A stretch of 64,000 nucleotides of DNA from Tubiluchus corallicola (lineage: Eukaryota; Animalia; Priapulida): positions 1,004,321 to 1,068,320 of the forward strand of contig JAQGDQ010000028.1 of the NCBI GenBank assembly GCA_030141605.1, read 5' to 3'. This document shows, one piece after another, positions 1 to 12,300 of the stretch (position 1 is its first letter; the number at the start of each line of letters is the position of its first letter). The notes under the pieces are model-generated. The model was not told where the DNA came from. It did no database searches and saw only the letters and a list, made by a program, of their open reading frames with translations. A program made the position numbers and the translations under genes.

Positions 1-1014
1 AGTTTACAGATATACCTGTGGTGTTCATTATTATGTTGTTCAATGATTTGAAATGGTATAGTAAAGACAGTTACATGTAAACTTGGTATCCGACCTGTAT
101 ATTTATGTAATTTGTGTAATTTTAAAATTTAAGATAATTTTCATGTTATGGGAGAACATATTGTTGTATTGTGATTTTTACACGATGGAAGATTTTCTTT
201 TGAAATCTCTTTAATTAGCCAAAAAGTAATAATCTACAATATATTTAATAATTAATTTCACAATTATTAAGTAATTTTTCAAAAACTTGAGACATTTTTT
301 TAAACACGATTCATTTTATTTTTATGTTTAAAACAATTTATGAGTATATACTGTAAAATGTAAAATTAATGCGTGCTGGAAACATTGAGAATTTTGCAAG
401 GACGCCCCGTCAGACTCGTAAGTTTCCAAGTTTGTGAACTCACTAATGGTGACTGTTAACTATAGGTTCTCGTATATGCTGCTAAATACAGACAATATTA
501 TTAATATGGTGTGTTGCTTTGGCAAGTGCTTTACTCTATTGTAGCCAAATTAAACAGCATTACCAATGGTTATGAAATGAAGCTATAAATTTTTACCAGT
601 CTTTAACCTGTATAATTTGCTTGGAATAGTGTGTGTGTACTGTAAAAATGTCACTTTCTAAGCGAGGCATTGAAGCTCAGTTTGCAAAAAAAAAAAATTC
701 TGTTTACAGTATTACTTAAATAACATTGGAAATTTACTCACTTCTCTTGCATCAGACAAGTGTATTTTCTTGTTGACTCAGTAAATACATTTGCATCTTA
801 CTAGTGTTAATTCATTGCTAATCAGGAAGTTAGCTGGTCAGCAGTGGTGCAGTTGTTTTGCTGTTGGGTGTTTGCAGTGAAATGTTGGTTATTAAGCTCA
901 GCAAATAACTTTTCCCCTCCGAACTTCTATTTCTGTTGCGTGTGTTGTTGTATGTTGCTCTTTTTTGCCTTTGCTTCATTTGCGCATAAATTGCAAACTG
1001 CCTTTTGCCTTTAG

Positions 1015-1092
1015 AAACTTGTATGACATGAAACGTTCCGCGACAGCACCGACAGCCATGGATCGGTCAGCCCGAGCTAGTATCGTGCGGAG
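1015..1092 (+). CDS. MARK: Probable MARK internal/cassette exon (78 nt, phase 2-2)
   Basis: ttttgcctttag|...cggag|gtaaac; open frame NLYDMKRSATAPTAMDRSARASIVR; phase matches the KA1 exon; GC-richer than flanks. Confidence 0.7.
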
Positions 1093-1833
1093 GTAAACCA
1101 TTGCATAGACATAAGCTCTCTTTCTAACACCTGCTTCTGCTTACTAAACTAGATCATCTTTACTTCTTGAGGCAGAACAGTTAGCAGTTACAAATTTGTG
1201 AAACTTGTGATCAAATGTTGCTAATATAAAATCTTGTTTCACTGTAGTCTTTCCCTGTTAGGTTCGCCCTCTGTTGTTAACTTGGCCTAGGTATTAACGT
1301 GCCTACTACTTACTTTTCATTCTAACCCAGTGTGTAATCATGCAAACTTTAACGCCTGCAGCAGAATAATTACTCAAGTAAGGGTCTCGTGTTCCGAGAT
1401 GAAGTCTTTGACACTGCAATTAACATCTGTGTCATGACCGTTCAACTGTCTTTAAACTTTAATTACTGTCTTGTAGTTGTCTGATTTCTAAGATAATAAT
1501 CACTTCTGTACTAATTACTAGGTAGCACTCGTCTTGATAGCTAGCTTAGTCTTTTAACACCAAATTTATATGTTAATAGCGTGCTTTAAAACTACAGTAA
1601 ATGATTTAAATTTTTCAAGAAGTTTCAGAGTTACGTGATGTGTGTTTTAATAGTTTCGCATAATCGCATGGATGTTGTAATGCGAATTTAGATTGTCTTT
1701 TGTTGTTGCATGATATTTATTTTTCTGCTTGCTGCAATATATTAATGCTAAATCTGTAAGAAGTTTAAATTGTAGTCCATTAATGAGCTAAATATTGAAA
1801 AGTTTGGTAAATGCTTGTACTGCTATGTTGCAG

Positions 1834-1878
1834 AAAAAACCTAATACGTGCATGGCTCAGAGATAGACATTGGAACAG
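1834..1878 (+). CDS. MARK: Candidate 45-nt MARK cassette exon with GC donor
   Basis: tgttgcag|...ggaacag|gcaagt; phase 2-2, open frame KNLIRAWLRDRHWN. No homology support. Confidence 0.3.
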
Positions 1879-2736
1879 GCAAGTTTCCCTGAGCTCATAG
1901 CTCTTCCATTTGTTTGACTAGCCCCTGACAAATTTTCATTTTCTCTTAATATACCATTATTTATTTATTTGATAACAACATCTTGTTTGCAATGTTAAGT
2001 CTGTCTTCTGCGTGTCTAGTCTTCAGCCTTTAAAAATCTATGTTCAAGTGATTACTTTAATGTATTTTTGTCTCCCATGTTTTGTATTAATTTTTCACTT
2101 AAATGCTTAGTTTTGGGCTACTGGTCATAGTTATTTTCGGTTATCTTTCTGTACGTCCTCTACTTTTCATACATACCTTTGATTCCAACTCTTTTTCTCA
2201 TACCATTACTTACTAACATTAGTTATAAGATAACACATGGTCTATTTTTGTAACTAGTTTCTGCTAATTTTCACAAATTTATTACAGCAGTTAGCCAGAA
2301 CACTTAGGCACTTAGAATTTGTGTGTCACGGGCGCTTTTGTTGTAGTCTTATATACTCAAGTTATTTTTCATCTTTATGTTGTTTTTATTATTGTAGTGC
2401 AATTTATAATTATGTCAAAAGTTAAACATCCCAAAAGAAATTGTTTATGTTTGTGCGTATAATGTAGATGGTCTGAATATAGTGCCATTTAATTATAAAG
2501 TTTGCATTCGTGTGCTGAAAGTACCTGATTTTATTTCAAGTACCTTTGCCATTATTATTATTATATTGGCAAAATGCGACAATCTAATATCCTTAGTGTT
2601 ATCATTAAGAAGCCATTTTGAAAACTTTTTGTTATCACTGTAACACTTAACATAGTAATTGGTGTTTGGTGTATTGTATTTTTTAGGCACAGTAAAAAAG
2701 CAAAGTTTTGAGACACTTTTTAAATTTTATTTACAG

Positions 2737-3061
2737 GAATATTGATGATGACACAATCAAACCCCGTTCTCTGCGGTTTACCTGGTCAATGAAAACCACC
2801 AGTTCCAAAGATCCAACCGACATGATTCGTGAGATTCGCCGGGTGCTCACAGAGAACAACTGTGACTATGAGCAGAAAGAAAGGTTTCTGCTCTTGTGTG
2901 TGCATGGCAATCCCAACACGGACAGCTTAGTGCAGTGGGAGATGGAAGTGTGTAAGTTACCGCGCTTGTCTCTGAACGGTGTCCGATTTAAACGGATTTC
3001 CGGCACATCGATAGGATTTAAAAACATTGCATCTAAGATTGCCAATGAGCTGAAGCTGTGA
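2737..3061 (+). CDS. MARK: MARK/Par-1 kinase, last coding exon (KA1 domain); gene starts upstream of the window
   Basis: Acceptor tttacag|2737, then [26 protein letters not shown]...[44 protein letters not shown], the characteristic MARK KA1 C-terminus. Confidence 0.96.
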
Positions 3062-6000
3062 AAACAACAGGGCGTGCAAAATTGTGACTGCGAGATACTC
3101 AGAAGTTCTGTGAGATAATATGTGCCGATGTGATTGTACATCTAGTTGCTTCTACACTGAAATTGACTTGTGTGGGATTTTACGTTTCTGTTACTGGTTA
3201 CTAGAAACCGATCCCATTCTACTAGTTTATGCAGTGCTGATGCCGAAGTGTGGAACTTTGTGGTAAACTGGTCTCAGTGTTACATGCCATCACAGCTTCG
3301 TTGTAGTTCAGTAAGACCAACGAGTTTCCCCGTGTGTTGCTAGTAACTAAATTCAGTATGTATTAATGAAGCCGTAAACTTTAATTTATGTACATTTTCA
3401 ACCATGGTCTCACAGATTTTGGATGTATTTTGTACAGTTTGCCACCATATGTACTCAAGTGTTTCTAATGATACTTTCTGCCAGCTTTTTTGTTGTTTCT
3501 GTTGCATAATATATTATGTGCTCATATTGATTGTTGGAAGACATTTTTTATTGCTGTTGTACTATATTGGGTACAGGGATGATGAGTCACGTAAATTGTA
3601 TACGAATTGTGTCTATTTTAACAGTATTACGACATGGTTCTAGTTCGTGTTAAATTTTGTTATTTTTGCAAATTTGTACCCGTGTGCAGTGCAGATAAGA
3701 TTTTCTTCTTCATGCTAGTATTCATGAAGTTTCTGAGCAAGTTTCTGCAATGCAACATAGGCCTCTGTGGAGTACTGCAGAAAGTAAGGGTACATCTATG
3801 TAATCATCTTACATAAATTTTTTCTGGAATGCACTCTGGAAAAATGCGGGGAGAATATGATCAGGAATTATTATGTAAGCCTATGCAGACTGTTCATGAA
3901 TTTGTGTTATCTTTGTGTGATCGACTTACATCCATCACATGTTCAGTGTTGTGTATTCTTTGCTACACTACAAAGTTTAGTAGAAATTTACGATTCTGTG
4001 CGATAATTGAAGCCCACTGCTGTAAGTGTGATAGCTAAATGTGGCAAGATGGCTTTCATCAATTCAACAAACTTCAACCTGGCTGCCTGGGGCCAATGAA
4101 TTCAAACACCTAAATGTAAGTCTTGTGCTTCGTTATTACTGCGTAAAAGGTAATTCCATAAAAAAAAATTATACAATTTTATGGATTAGATGCTACGAGT
4201 TTCACACATAATTTCATTTCTATTTGGCAAAAAATAGTTTCTGTGGTCTCAAAAGTTTGATTCAACTGTCTGTACAGTGTTAAGTTTAACTTTGTTTTTC
4301 TGTGCCTCACTTCACTTGTTGAATTATAGGTTTTGTGTTATAGTTTCAGGAAGAGACTTGTTTTGTGATACAGTACATCACTTTTGACTTTTTTGCAAAA
4401 AAAGTGTGGTATAAGCTTTACAATGTAAAAAATTGATTAAAATTCTGCTTTTGACATAGTTGTGATAGCATTGTCAAAGCCATAAGGTACTGTTGACATA
4501 ATGAAAAATTAAATGCGTGTAAAAGATTTATTTGAAATAAATTTGTCAAAAGGAAATAAACCACATTTCACCATGTTTTGGCCAAGATACACAAAAAGTT
4601 ATTATGATCAAGTTATTCTTTTTCAACATAGATTTACATGTTACTTTGCAATATAGGCAATACATTGTTCATTTTACAGTTAACTGCACACTTTCTGAAC
4701 TGTTGAAATGTTCAGCAAGTATTACAGTACATGTATTAACGTAGTCCTTTATTCCATACAAAAGTACATGTATGAGCATTTCAATTCCGCAAAAATCATG
4801 CAAGTCGCCCCTTTGCTACTAGCATTTGTCGTGTTAATAGTATACATATTTATATCTTAATGTACTGTGTTCTTGTAATCCACGTGAATTGTATATTTAA
4901 TTAGTGTAAAGATGCAAGTTGTTCTGACAGTTTCAAAATGACAGTCGAGCACTGTCGCAATGAGGTGCTTTCATAGATGCAAAATCATACTGAACTGATA
5001 CATGTGTAATAAACCCTTGTATAGTTTAAGCAAGTTGTTTTCTTACTGTTTGTGCTTATTCAATTGGTTAACATGGCTGCAACCACACGCAGCATTTGCA
5101 TTTCACTTTAGAACAGCAAAACTTAACACAACTTCATGCAGTAAGTGAAGGGTGGCATCACATATGTGCTGACATTCATGCATACATACAATTGTTAAAT
5201 ACCGCATGAAGCTAGTTAGGAAACTTTAGATGGTCCAGGAATGGGCAGCAAATGGTTATAACTGTAGAAGGCTATTCCTTTGCATTTTTATTTGCTGGGT
5301 AAAATTGGTACATGTATAACTACTGTGACATTACTTCCATAATGAAAATTAAATTTGTTTGAAGGGAAATTGCATAGTTTGTTTACTCACTTAGAATGGG
5401 CACATTTAAGCACATCGGAAGATTATGAACTCATTCACTGAAGTAACATAATTTTTCCCAGGTACACACACATGTATGTACTGTCTGCCACTTAAAGCCT
5501 TGAGCTGCTTTTGATTCTCGTTTAGTGCAGTATAGCTTATATTAGACTGGACATGTAAATGTATAGTTTATTAATATGGTATTGTATACATCATTTTAGT
5601 CAGCATGGTTGAGTGAAGCAATGGATGTATGGCATTACTGGTATAGCACTGTTTTTCCATTCTGAGAAAAATTCTATATTAAAAAAATAAATATGTTGTT
5701 GCACGAATCAGTCCTTACAATACAATTTGTAAACGACATCTGAATACTTTTTGATATTACATGCATTTACAAAACATAATGCAAACTTAATAAATTACAT
5801 TATCATACACGAATAAAATATCACAGCATACGAAATTTGGTTTTCCGTGCTTTTCTCATTATGTATTAATGTTACTTTGAGAACATTTATTTTTATTTAT
5901 TTATATCATTAAATGTTTACTGTATATATATATATTCCAGCAAAGTTTATCCTGCATGTACATTGTCAAGGATTATCCAAAGTTAGAGAGCATAATTATG

Positions 6001-6247
6001 TTGGAAGGAATTGTGTAGGCTCAATAGAGCATAACTGCTTATATTACTGCTGGCCAAAATAAAATAACATAACTACTGAACATTCAACAATTAACACGGA
6101 GAGAAAATGAACAATATGAAGTTTAAAAATCGCTTGAAAACCTTGCAGAATTTTGTTGTAGTTTTTAATGTGTAGTTTCTTCATTGCATCAGCAATTGGA
6201 TTGATGATGTCCTATATGGAGTAACAATGAAGCCACTCTACTTCCTA

Positions 6248-9246
6248 TCAGTCAAATTTAACACCCTTTTCATGGGCTTTCAATTTTTTACTACTTGGAT
6301 TAATTATACTCATTCCTTCTTTTCGACGTACTACTTTGCGTCCCTTTTTGTAAGTATCTGGACTTGCAACATCAAACCGAGTCACAGATTTACCTGATAT
6401 GCCACTGCTCTTTGCCTTCTCTAGTTCAGACGATAATTTAGACACGTCATGCTGAAGTGAATTGTTAGTATCAGCAAGGAGAAATAGCGCCTTTTTCAGT
6501 AAAAGTTTTGCATCCGTAGCTGTGGCCTCTGTTAGGTTGAACATGAGTGATCGTGATCCAGACCCCAATGTCATGCTTAGGCTAGATCCGACAGGTGAGA
6601 TATTCATTGCAGCAGCGGCAAATGCTGTCCTGTAAAAGGACGCAAGTATAGCAGCATTAAACAACTTGCTCAAAATCAGCATTAAACGTGGCAGTTATAC
6701 TTTTGTAATCTAAAGGTCACTGGTTCAAACCCAGGCTCAGTTGCAACTTGCACATTTCCTTTTCTCGGTTAGGTTTGGTTCAAATTTTCAATTGTTGCAG
6801 ATTTATTCCATCATTACACAGCCTAAAAGGGGAGTTAATATTATTTACACACAAACGCACACTCACACACATACATACCGTATTTTACCAAAGAAATCAG
6901 CAAACGAATCCACAGATTCTACTACCATATTGCTTAAATCACTTTTGTCCAGTGTTGCTTTCCATACACTAATGCCATCGGTTGCACATAAAGACCATAA
7001 AACCGTATTGTCGTCAAAAGAGGTGAAAGCAATATAGCTGCAAAGAAAAGCATTATAAAGGCATAATACAATTAGTTACTAGTATCAATTTTTATTTATT
7101 TTGTTCACTCCAGCAGGATAGGATCCTATGATGAAAGTTTACTTGCAGCACCCATAGCACCCGTGAGCTGGCTGCTAGACTGCTGTTAACCTAGCCATGT
7201 GATTTTCTTTACAACTTAGAACAATTAGCTTCACACATATAATACTAATTTTACCAAAAATATTAAAGACCCTTTTTTGGGCTTTCAATTTTTTTACTAC
7301 ATTCGGATTAATTATATTTATTTCCTTCATTTTGATGTATATCCTTGTATCAAAAAGCTATCAAGGTTTAATGCATTTGTGAAAAAATTCATACTTATAG
7401 TCTACTATACTACTTTTAACATTCTCAAACTATAGACCAGTCCAAACTCGTTAATGTTGTGACTGAGTGGCGCTGAAAGTTGAAAGCAATGTGTCTATAC
7501 CATCAATCTGTAATGTCTATCACACTTCCAGGGGAATCGTCCTTGTTCCATAAACCTCTGTAACGAATATTATGCTTGCGCCCCACCTAGCTCATACATT
7601 AATGTTACGAAGGATTAGGGTTGCCAGATTAGAAAATTAGAATACGGGACACTCTTAAAATCTCTCTATATATTACTGTATATTTAAATTTATACATGCC
7701 TACACACCCAGACCAATATATTATATAAAAGAAGAGACATAAGTTAAAAACATAAATCGAATTGCAAGCAGGCCGTTTTGTGAAAACACCTAGCAACACT
7801 AGTTTCCTCGTTACACTTGGGTTATTTTCATCAAGAGAATCTGAGAAAAGAAAGTATAAAGTTATAAAGTAAAAAATATAAAGTTACAACTAAGAACTGT
7901 AAGAAGGTAGTAAAAATATCTTTTGTTTACGAAATTTGAAAATGAGCTAAATACGGGACATTTTGGTGTCCATGGTCCGTACAGGACAAGGGACAAAACT
8001 GTAAAATATGGGACATGTCCCATATATAAGGGACGTCTGGCAAGTGACAACCCTACGAAGGATCAGAGACCTGGCCAGATTAGAATTCAAGTCCCACTCA
8101 ATTTTCTCCGAGCGACTGCCTATTTTGATGGTGCATTATGACAAACTGCCCTGCTCTTACGATACCGAAGGTTGATCAGCACCTGAGTGGTGGAAAAAGT
8201 TAATGAAATAATAGGATATAAAAGTCCAATAAGTTCAGCATTTGTTTTTATAAAAACAAAAAATTGATATTTGACCCAAGTTTTTGATGCATACGATCAT
8301 ATAAAATGTATTTTAACTTGAATAAATGATTAAATCGCTACAAGAAGAATTTTTTCGAAGTGTGTTTACACTGATTTTTATTGAAATAAACTAAGTAATT
8401 TTTCAAAATAACAATTATAATTATTAGTCATCTTCATTATAATCCGCATTATAACTAAGCACGCCACGTGCATTCAGATTTTAATTTCCACAGCCGTCAT
8501 GTTAATAACGTTTCATGTACGTGTTTTTAAAAAACTGTTGTCTGGCACAGCAGGTTGTTTACATTAAATGTTAGTAGAGGGGTGGACTGAACACACACAT
8601 AACAAGTAAATTTAGTTAAAATAATTGCTATAGCAAGTAATTTTAGGTCCTTTAAGCCACCAATTTATTCAGTCAAAAGAACTAACGTTTCTACTGAATA
8701 AAGTCATGTTCAGCATTTTTACTGTTTCAGCATTATCTCAATTATTAAATAAATAATGTGTATTTTCACAGAATTATATATATACATAAACGTACTGGGC
8801 ATAGAAATGCTGACGGTCCACGAGTACTCACGAGCAATCGTGAGAGCAGCGCGGATCATCATAATGAGATAAGCAATCATGTCGAACAGGCGAAAATTGA
8901 CCGGGACCTGGATTCTAATAGAGTGCCAGATATACTAAGTGGGTAATTGCAGCTGAATGTGGTGCTCGGATCCAGCTTGCCACCAACAAAATCGCGACAT
9001 GCTGTCTAAAAACGTCAGAGTAAATGGATGATGAACATTAATATAGTTACATTATTCTAAGCCGACTGCCTGACTTTAAGTTTAACGTGTTACTGTGATA
9101 ACAAAATTTACACGTATGCATAATATGCCGTAATACTAATAGTAACTAATAATATACCGCAACCCGTTAGCAGCAACATCACAGTGTAGGTTAGATATAC
9201 TAAAATCAATCGCAAAATTATTTCCTAAATTAAATTCTGATGACAT
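6248..9246 (-). CDS. PAXX: PAXX-like non-homologous end joining factor, 3 exons, ~209 aa
   Basis: Exons 9246-9158, 7037-6879, 6629-6248 join in frame (630 nt) with GT-AG sites. LCATDGISVW resembles PAXX head LYVTDAAELW; a coiled-coil-like segment follows; C-terminus RRKEGMSIINPSSKKLKAHEKGVKFD* matches the Ku-binding tail RRRCPGESLINPGFKSKKPAGGVDFD. Exon 1 is inferred from ATG, frame and donor phase. Confidence 0.85.
7262..7340 (-). pseudogene. Degenerate duplicate of the PAXX C-terminal coding segment inside PAXX intron 1
   Basis: ccttttttgggctttcaatttttttactacattcggattaattatatttatttccttcattttgatgta aligns with ~6264-6330 in the same orientation, with indels. Confidence 0.7.
7616..8055. mobile_element. 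Non-autonomous hAT element (Blackjack-like MITE)
   Basis: TIRs TAGGGTTGCCAGA ... TCTGGCAA(gtgacaa)CCCTA; perfect 8-bp TSD CGAAGGAT at 7608-7615 and 8056-8063; subterminal (TAC)GGGACA repeats. Confidence 0.88.
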
Positions 9247-9354
9247 AATGGTGGGCAAATAATTATTTCATATTATCTGAGCTTTCCTGAGGGCACCGCC
9301 ATACTGCAAATGAAGTTAAGATTTTTCTACAATAGATGGCACAAACGCAGCAAC
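9247..9354. promoter_or_regulatory. Putative bidirectional promoter/5'UTR region between PAXX and PNPT1
   Basis: Divergent ATGs at 9246 (-) and 9355 (+), 108 bp apart. Confidence 0.6.
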
Positions 9355-12300
9355 ATGTCCGCGACTAACACGTTGTGTTGGCGAAATAAACTTCTAGTTT
9401 TTTTAGTGCACCAAAGAAGTCTTTCATTATGTAACCGTTTAAAAATGGGTCGAAGGTTTAAACATACCAGTAGTTGGCGAAACATTAAGACTGGCAATGT
9501 GGAAGTTTACCTTGGCGGGAGGTAGGCCTTGATAAGCTGTTATACTTATAATTATTCTTAATTTAATGTTTTCCATAGAAATAGGGATCTAGATTGTAAC
9601 TGTAATACGCACACGACAATTAATACAGGTGCTGACATCTAGTCTTAAACTGTAATCCAACATACATGAACTTGGTCAGTGAACCATATTAGTACACCTT
9701 CCCCTAGTTTCAAATGTCTCGGGAACAGATAGTCAAACTAAACAACTAAACATCAATACAACAATACGAAAAGTTCAAATTAACAAAGTTCACCATCCAT
9801 ATCTTTGTGGAGCTTTTCGCACACGTTTTCTACGACGCAACTCGACTGATGATTTATCTTCGGCGTTATCCTTGCACACCGTATCATCTGAGTCTGAAGC
9901 AATTGGTATGATGTCAAGGTGATATCTTCTCACATTTCCAGATTTTGTGTCCACAATATATAAATGATTATCACTTTCCCACTTTTCTGAACTATAACGC
10001 TATCACGCTACTGCCTACTGGTCTTGAATATGTAGTTTGTCCTGCAGAAAGTGGTTTCATGCTCTATGCCAATAATCGCATTTAACTCTTTTTCTACATT
10101 TAGAAATGCCAATGTGTCCTGTGTGGATTCTCTCAAGAATGTCGAGTCTTTCACCAGGTGGCATTACAATCCTGTTACCATGCAGCAGCAACCCACGATA
10201 TAGAGCGAGTTCATGCCAAATTTCCCAATACGGCTTCAACACAGTTTCAGTTGAAGAAAAATGTTTTGGCCAAGAAGACTGACACTACTCTTAAACTTTC
10301 CGACAGACTTCATCCAACTCTTGTGCTTCCTTGATATCTTGTAATCTTTGACAGCTGGCTGGCAACCTAGAAACCGCAAATTATGAGAAAACTTCGCATA
10401 CGGGTATTTGTATTTTCTCAAGGTCTTTACTTGTTGATTTACCACTCGTCATATGCTAAAGCAAGTCAGGCAGAAGGTTGGTTTGGTTATATCAGGAATG
10501 TCCGATACTTCATAGCTGTATCTCATTAAACAAAGTCTGAATCGTTGCATTATTCACATCTTTTGATGTCAAAATTGGGATCAGCGGCTTGTGGTCTGTC
10601 TCCACGTAAAGCTGGCAAATTTATGGAAAGCGCATGCTATAGCAAGACACGTTCACTACACACTCTGTGCCAGTCAGTGCAGGTGATACTGCTGCTACAG
10701 GCTTATGAGATCCATCTCTTTTTATCTGACTTAACTGCACTCCCATGCCACAGTAACTTGAATCTGAAGAAATAATGGTTTTCAAAGACATGTCAGTGCA
10801 GCATATTTAGTTGAATACTTGCAAAATTGGTTTATTGCCTCAAGAAAGCTCTGTAGTTCTTTAACACATTTTGGCTCTGGCAGTTGCAGTAGAGTGTCAC
10901 CACTCAATAGTGTGGTGATCTGGTCGAATGTCTTGTGCGTCGATGACGTTTCCAAGAAGGTTTTATGCTCTTTTGACCAAAAACACATTTTTCCTCATTC
11001 AAGGTCATTCCAGAGTCAGCAATGTGCTTCAAGACTGCGTCTAAAATGTGATCATGTGCTTCCGTGATTTCACCGAAAATTAGAATATTGTCCATTTGAA
11101 CTACCACGTTAAGAATTCTACCTAAGATGTCTGACATCTGCCGCTGAAACACTTCTGGAGCTGAACACAAACGGAGCTAAAAGCAATAAGAAATGTTGTT
11201 AATTTCTGTGATTCTGGAGATAACTCAATTTGCCAGTAACCACAATTAGCATCCAGTTTTGAAAACATCATTTTCTAGGTAATGGTTTACTATTGGAGTG
11301 GGCATGTAATTGTGAAAAAATCTTGTAAGTGATAAACATGACTAAGTTAAATGTTGGATTTGTTTTCCAGGCCAATGAAATTTGCAACTGGCAAACTTGC
11401 AAGATTTGCTGATGGTTGTGCAACTGTTCAGGTATGTCTCTTTACTCGTTTGTTATCAGGGTCTTAGTGATGACAATTGATATTAGATATTACTTGATTT
11501 TTTTCTATTACAAAATATAATAAATGTTCAGTTTCTAACAGTTTTTGTGGCATGTGTTGTGTGCAAGAAAGTAAAATAGCCATGTAATGCAAGATTTTTG
11601 TAGTTTACATTACGTCACAAAAAAGTGAATTATTTTATGGTTCCTCTCATGTAGATGTGTATACATGTGTGTGCTGGTGTGTGTACAGTTATACTGTATA
11701 TAGCAATATATTATAACTTACAAACACACATATGTACATACCTATATATATAGCTCAATAGTATCTGGTAGCACGTTGCTTTCATATTATATACACTATA
11801 TAAAGCAACATGTTACCAGATTTAATCTACATCATCGGATGCACAGATGCACACATTTGAAATACATTTATTGTTATATATTGCATGAAAGCAACATGCT
11901 ATCAGATTTAATCTACATTATCGAATGCATAAATGCACACATTTGAACTACATTTATTGTTATATATTGCATGAAAGCAACATGCTATCAGATTTAATCT
12001 ACATTATCGAATGCACAAATGCACACATTTGAACTACATTTATTGTCTTACATTTTTATTAGTATTTATAAGTTTGTTAGTATTAATTGACATTTATTGC
12101 TGAATTTATTTATTATCAAATTATTAGTACGATGTCTTAGTTAATGACATTATCCTGCCCAATGTCGCTCAAAGCTGTTCAATTGTTAAGGACATTTGAA
12201 GTAGTTCTCTGTGTTTGCACACTCTGTATCAGGCCACCATTTACGATCTCCGTCAAGCAATTTTTCTTCTATTGGTAACGCATCACGTAACTTCTTGGCT

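Noticed and set aside
3062-5900. Short ORFs downstream of MARK
   Set aside because: AT-rich with no homology signal; best explained as a long 3'UTR (AATAAA near 4536, 5008, 5686).
6690-6745. tRNA-like B-box ggttcaaaccc
   Set aside because: No foldable cloverleaf or acceptor stem; at most a SINE head remnant.
8790-9030. CpG-rich segment with hairpin ctcacga-gcaa-tcgtgag as a possible PAXX first exon
   Set aside because: Its ATG frame ends in phase 1, incompatible with the phase-2 acceptor at 7037; more likely promoter-proximal or repeat DNA.
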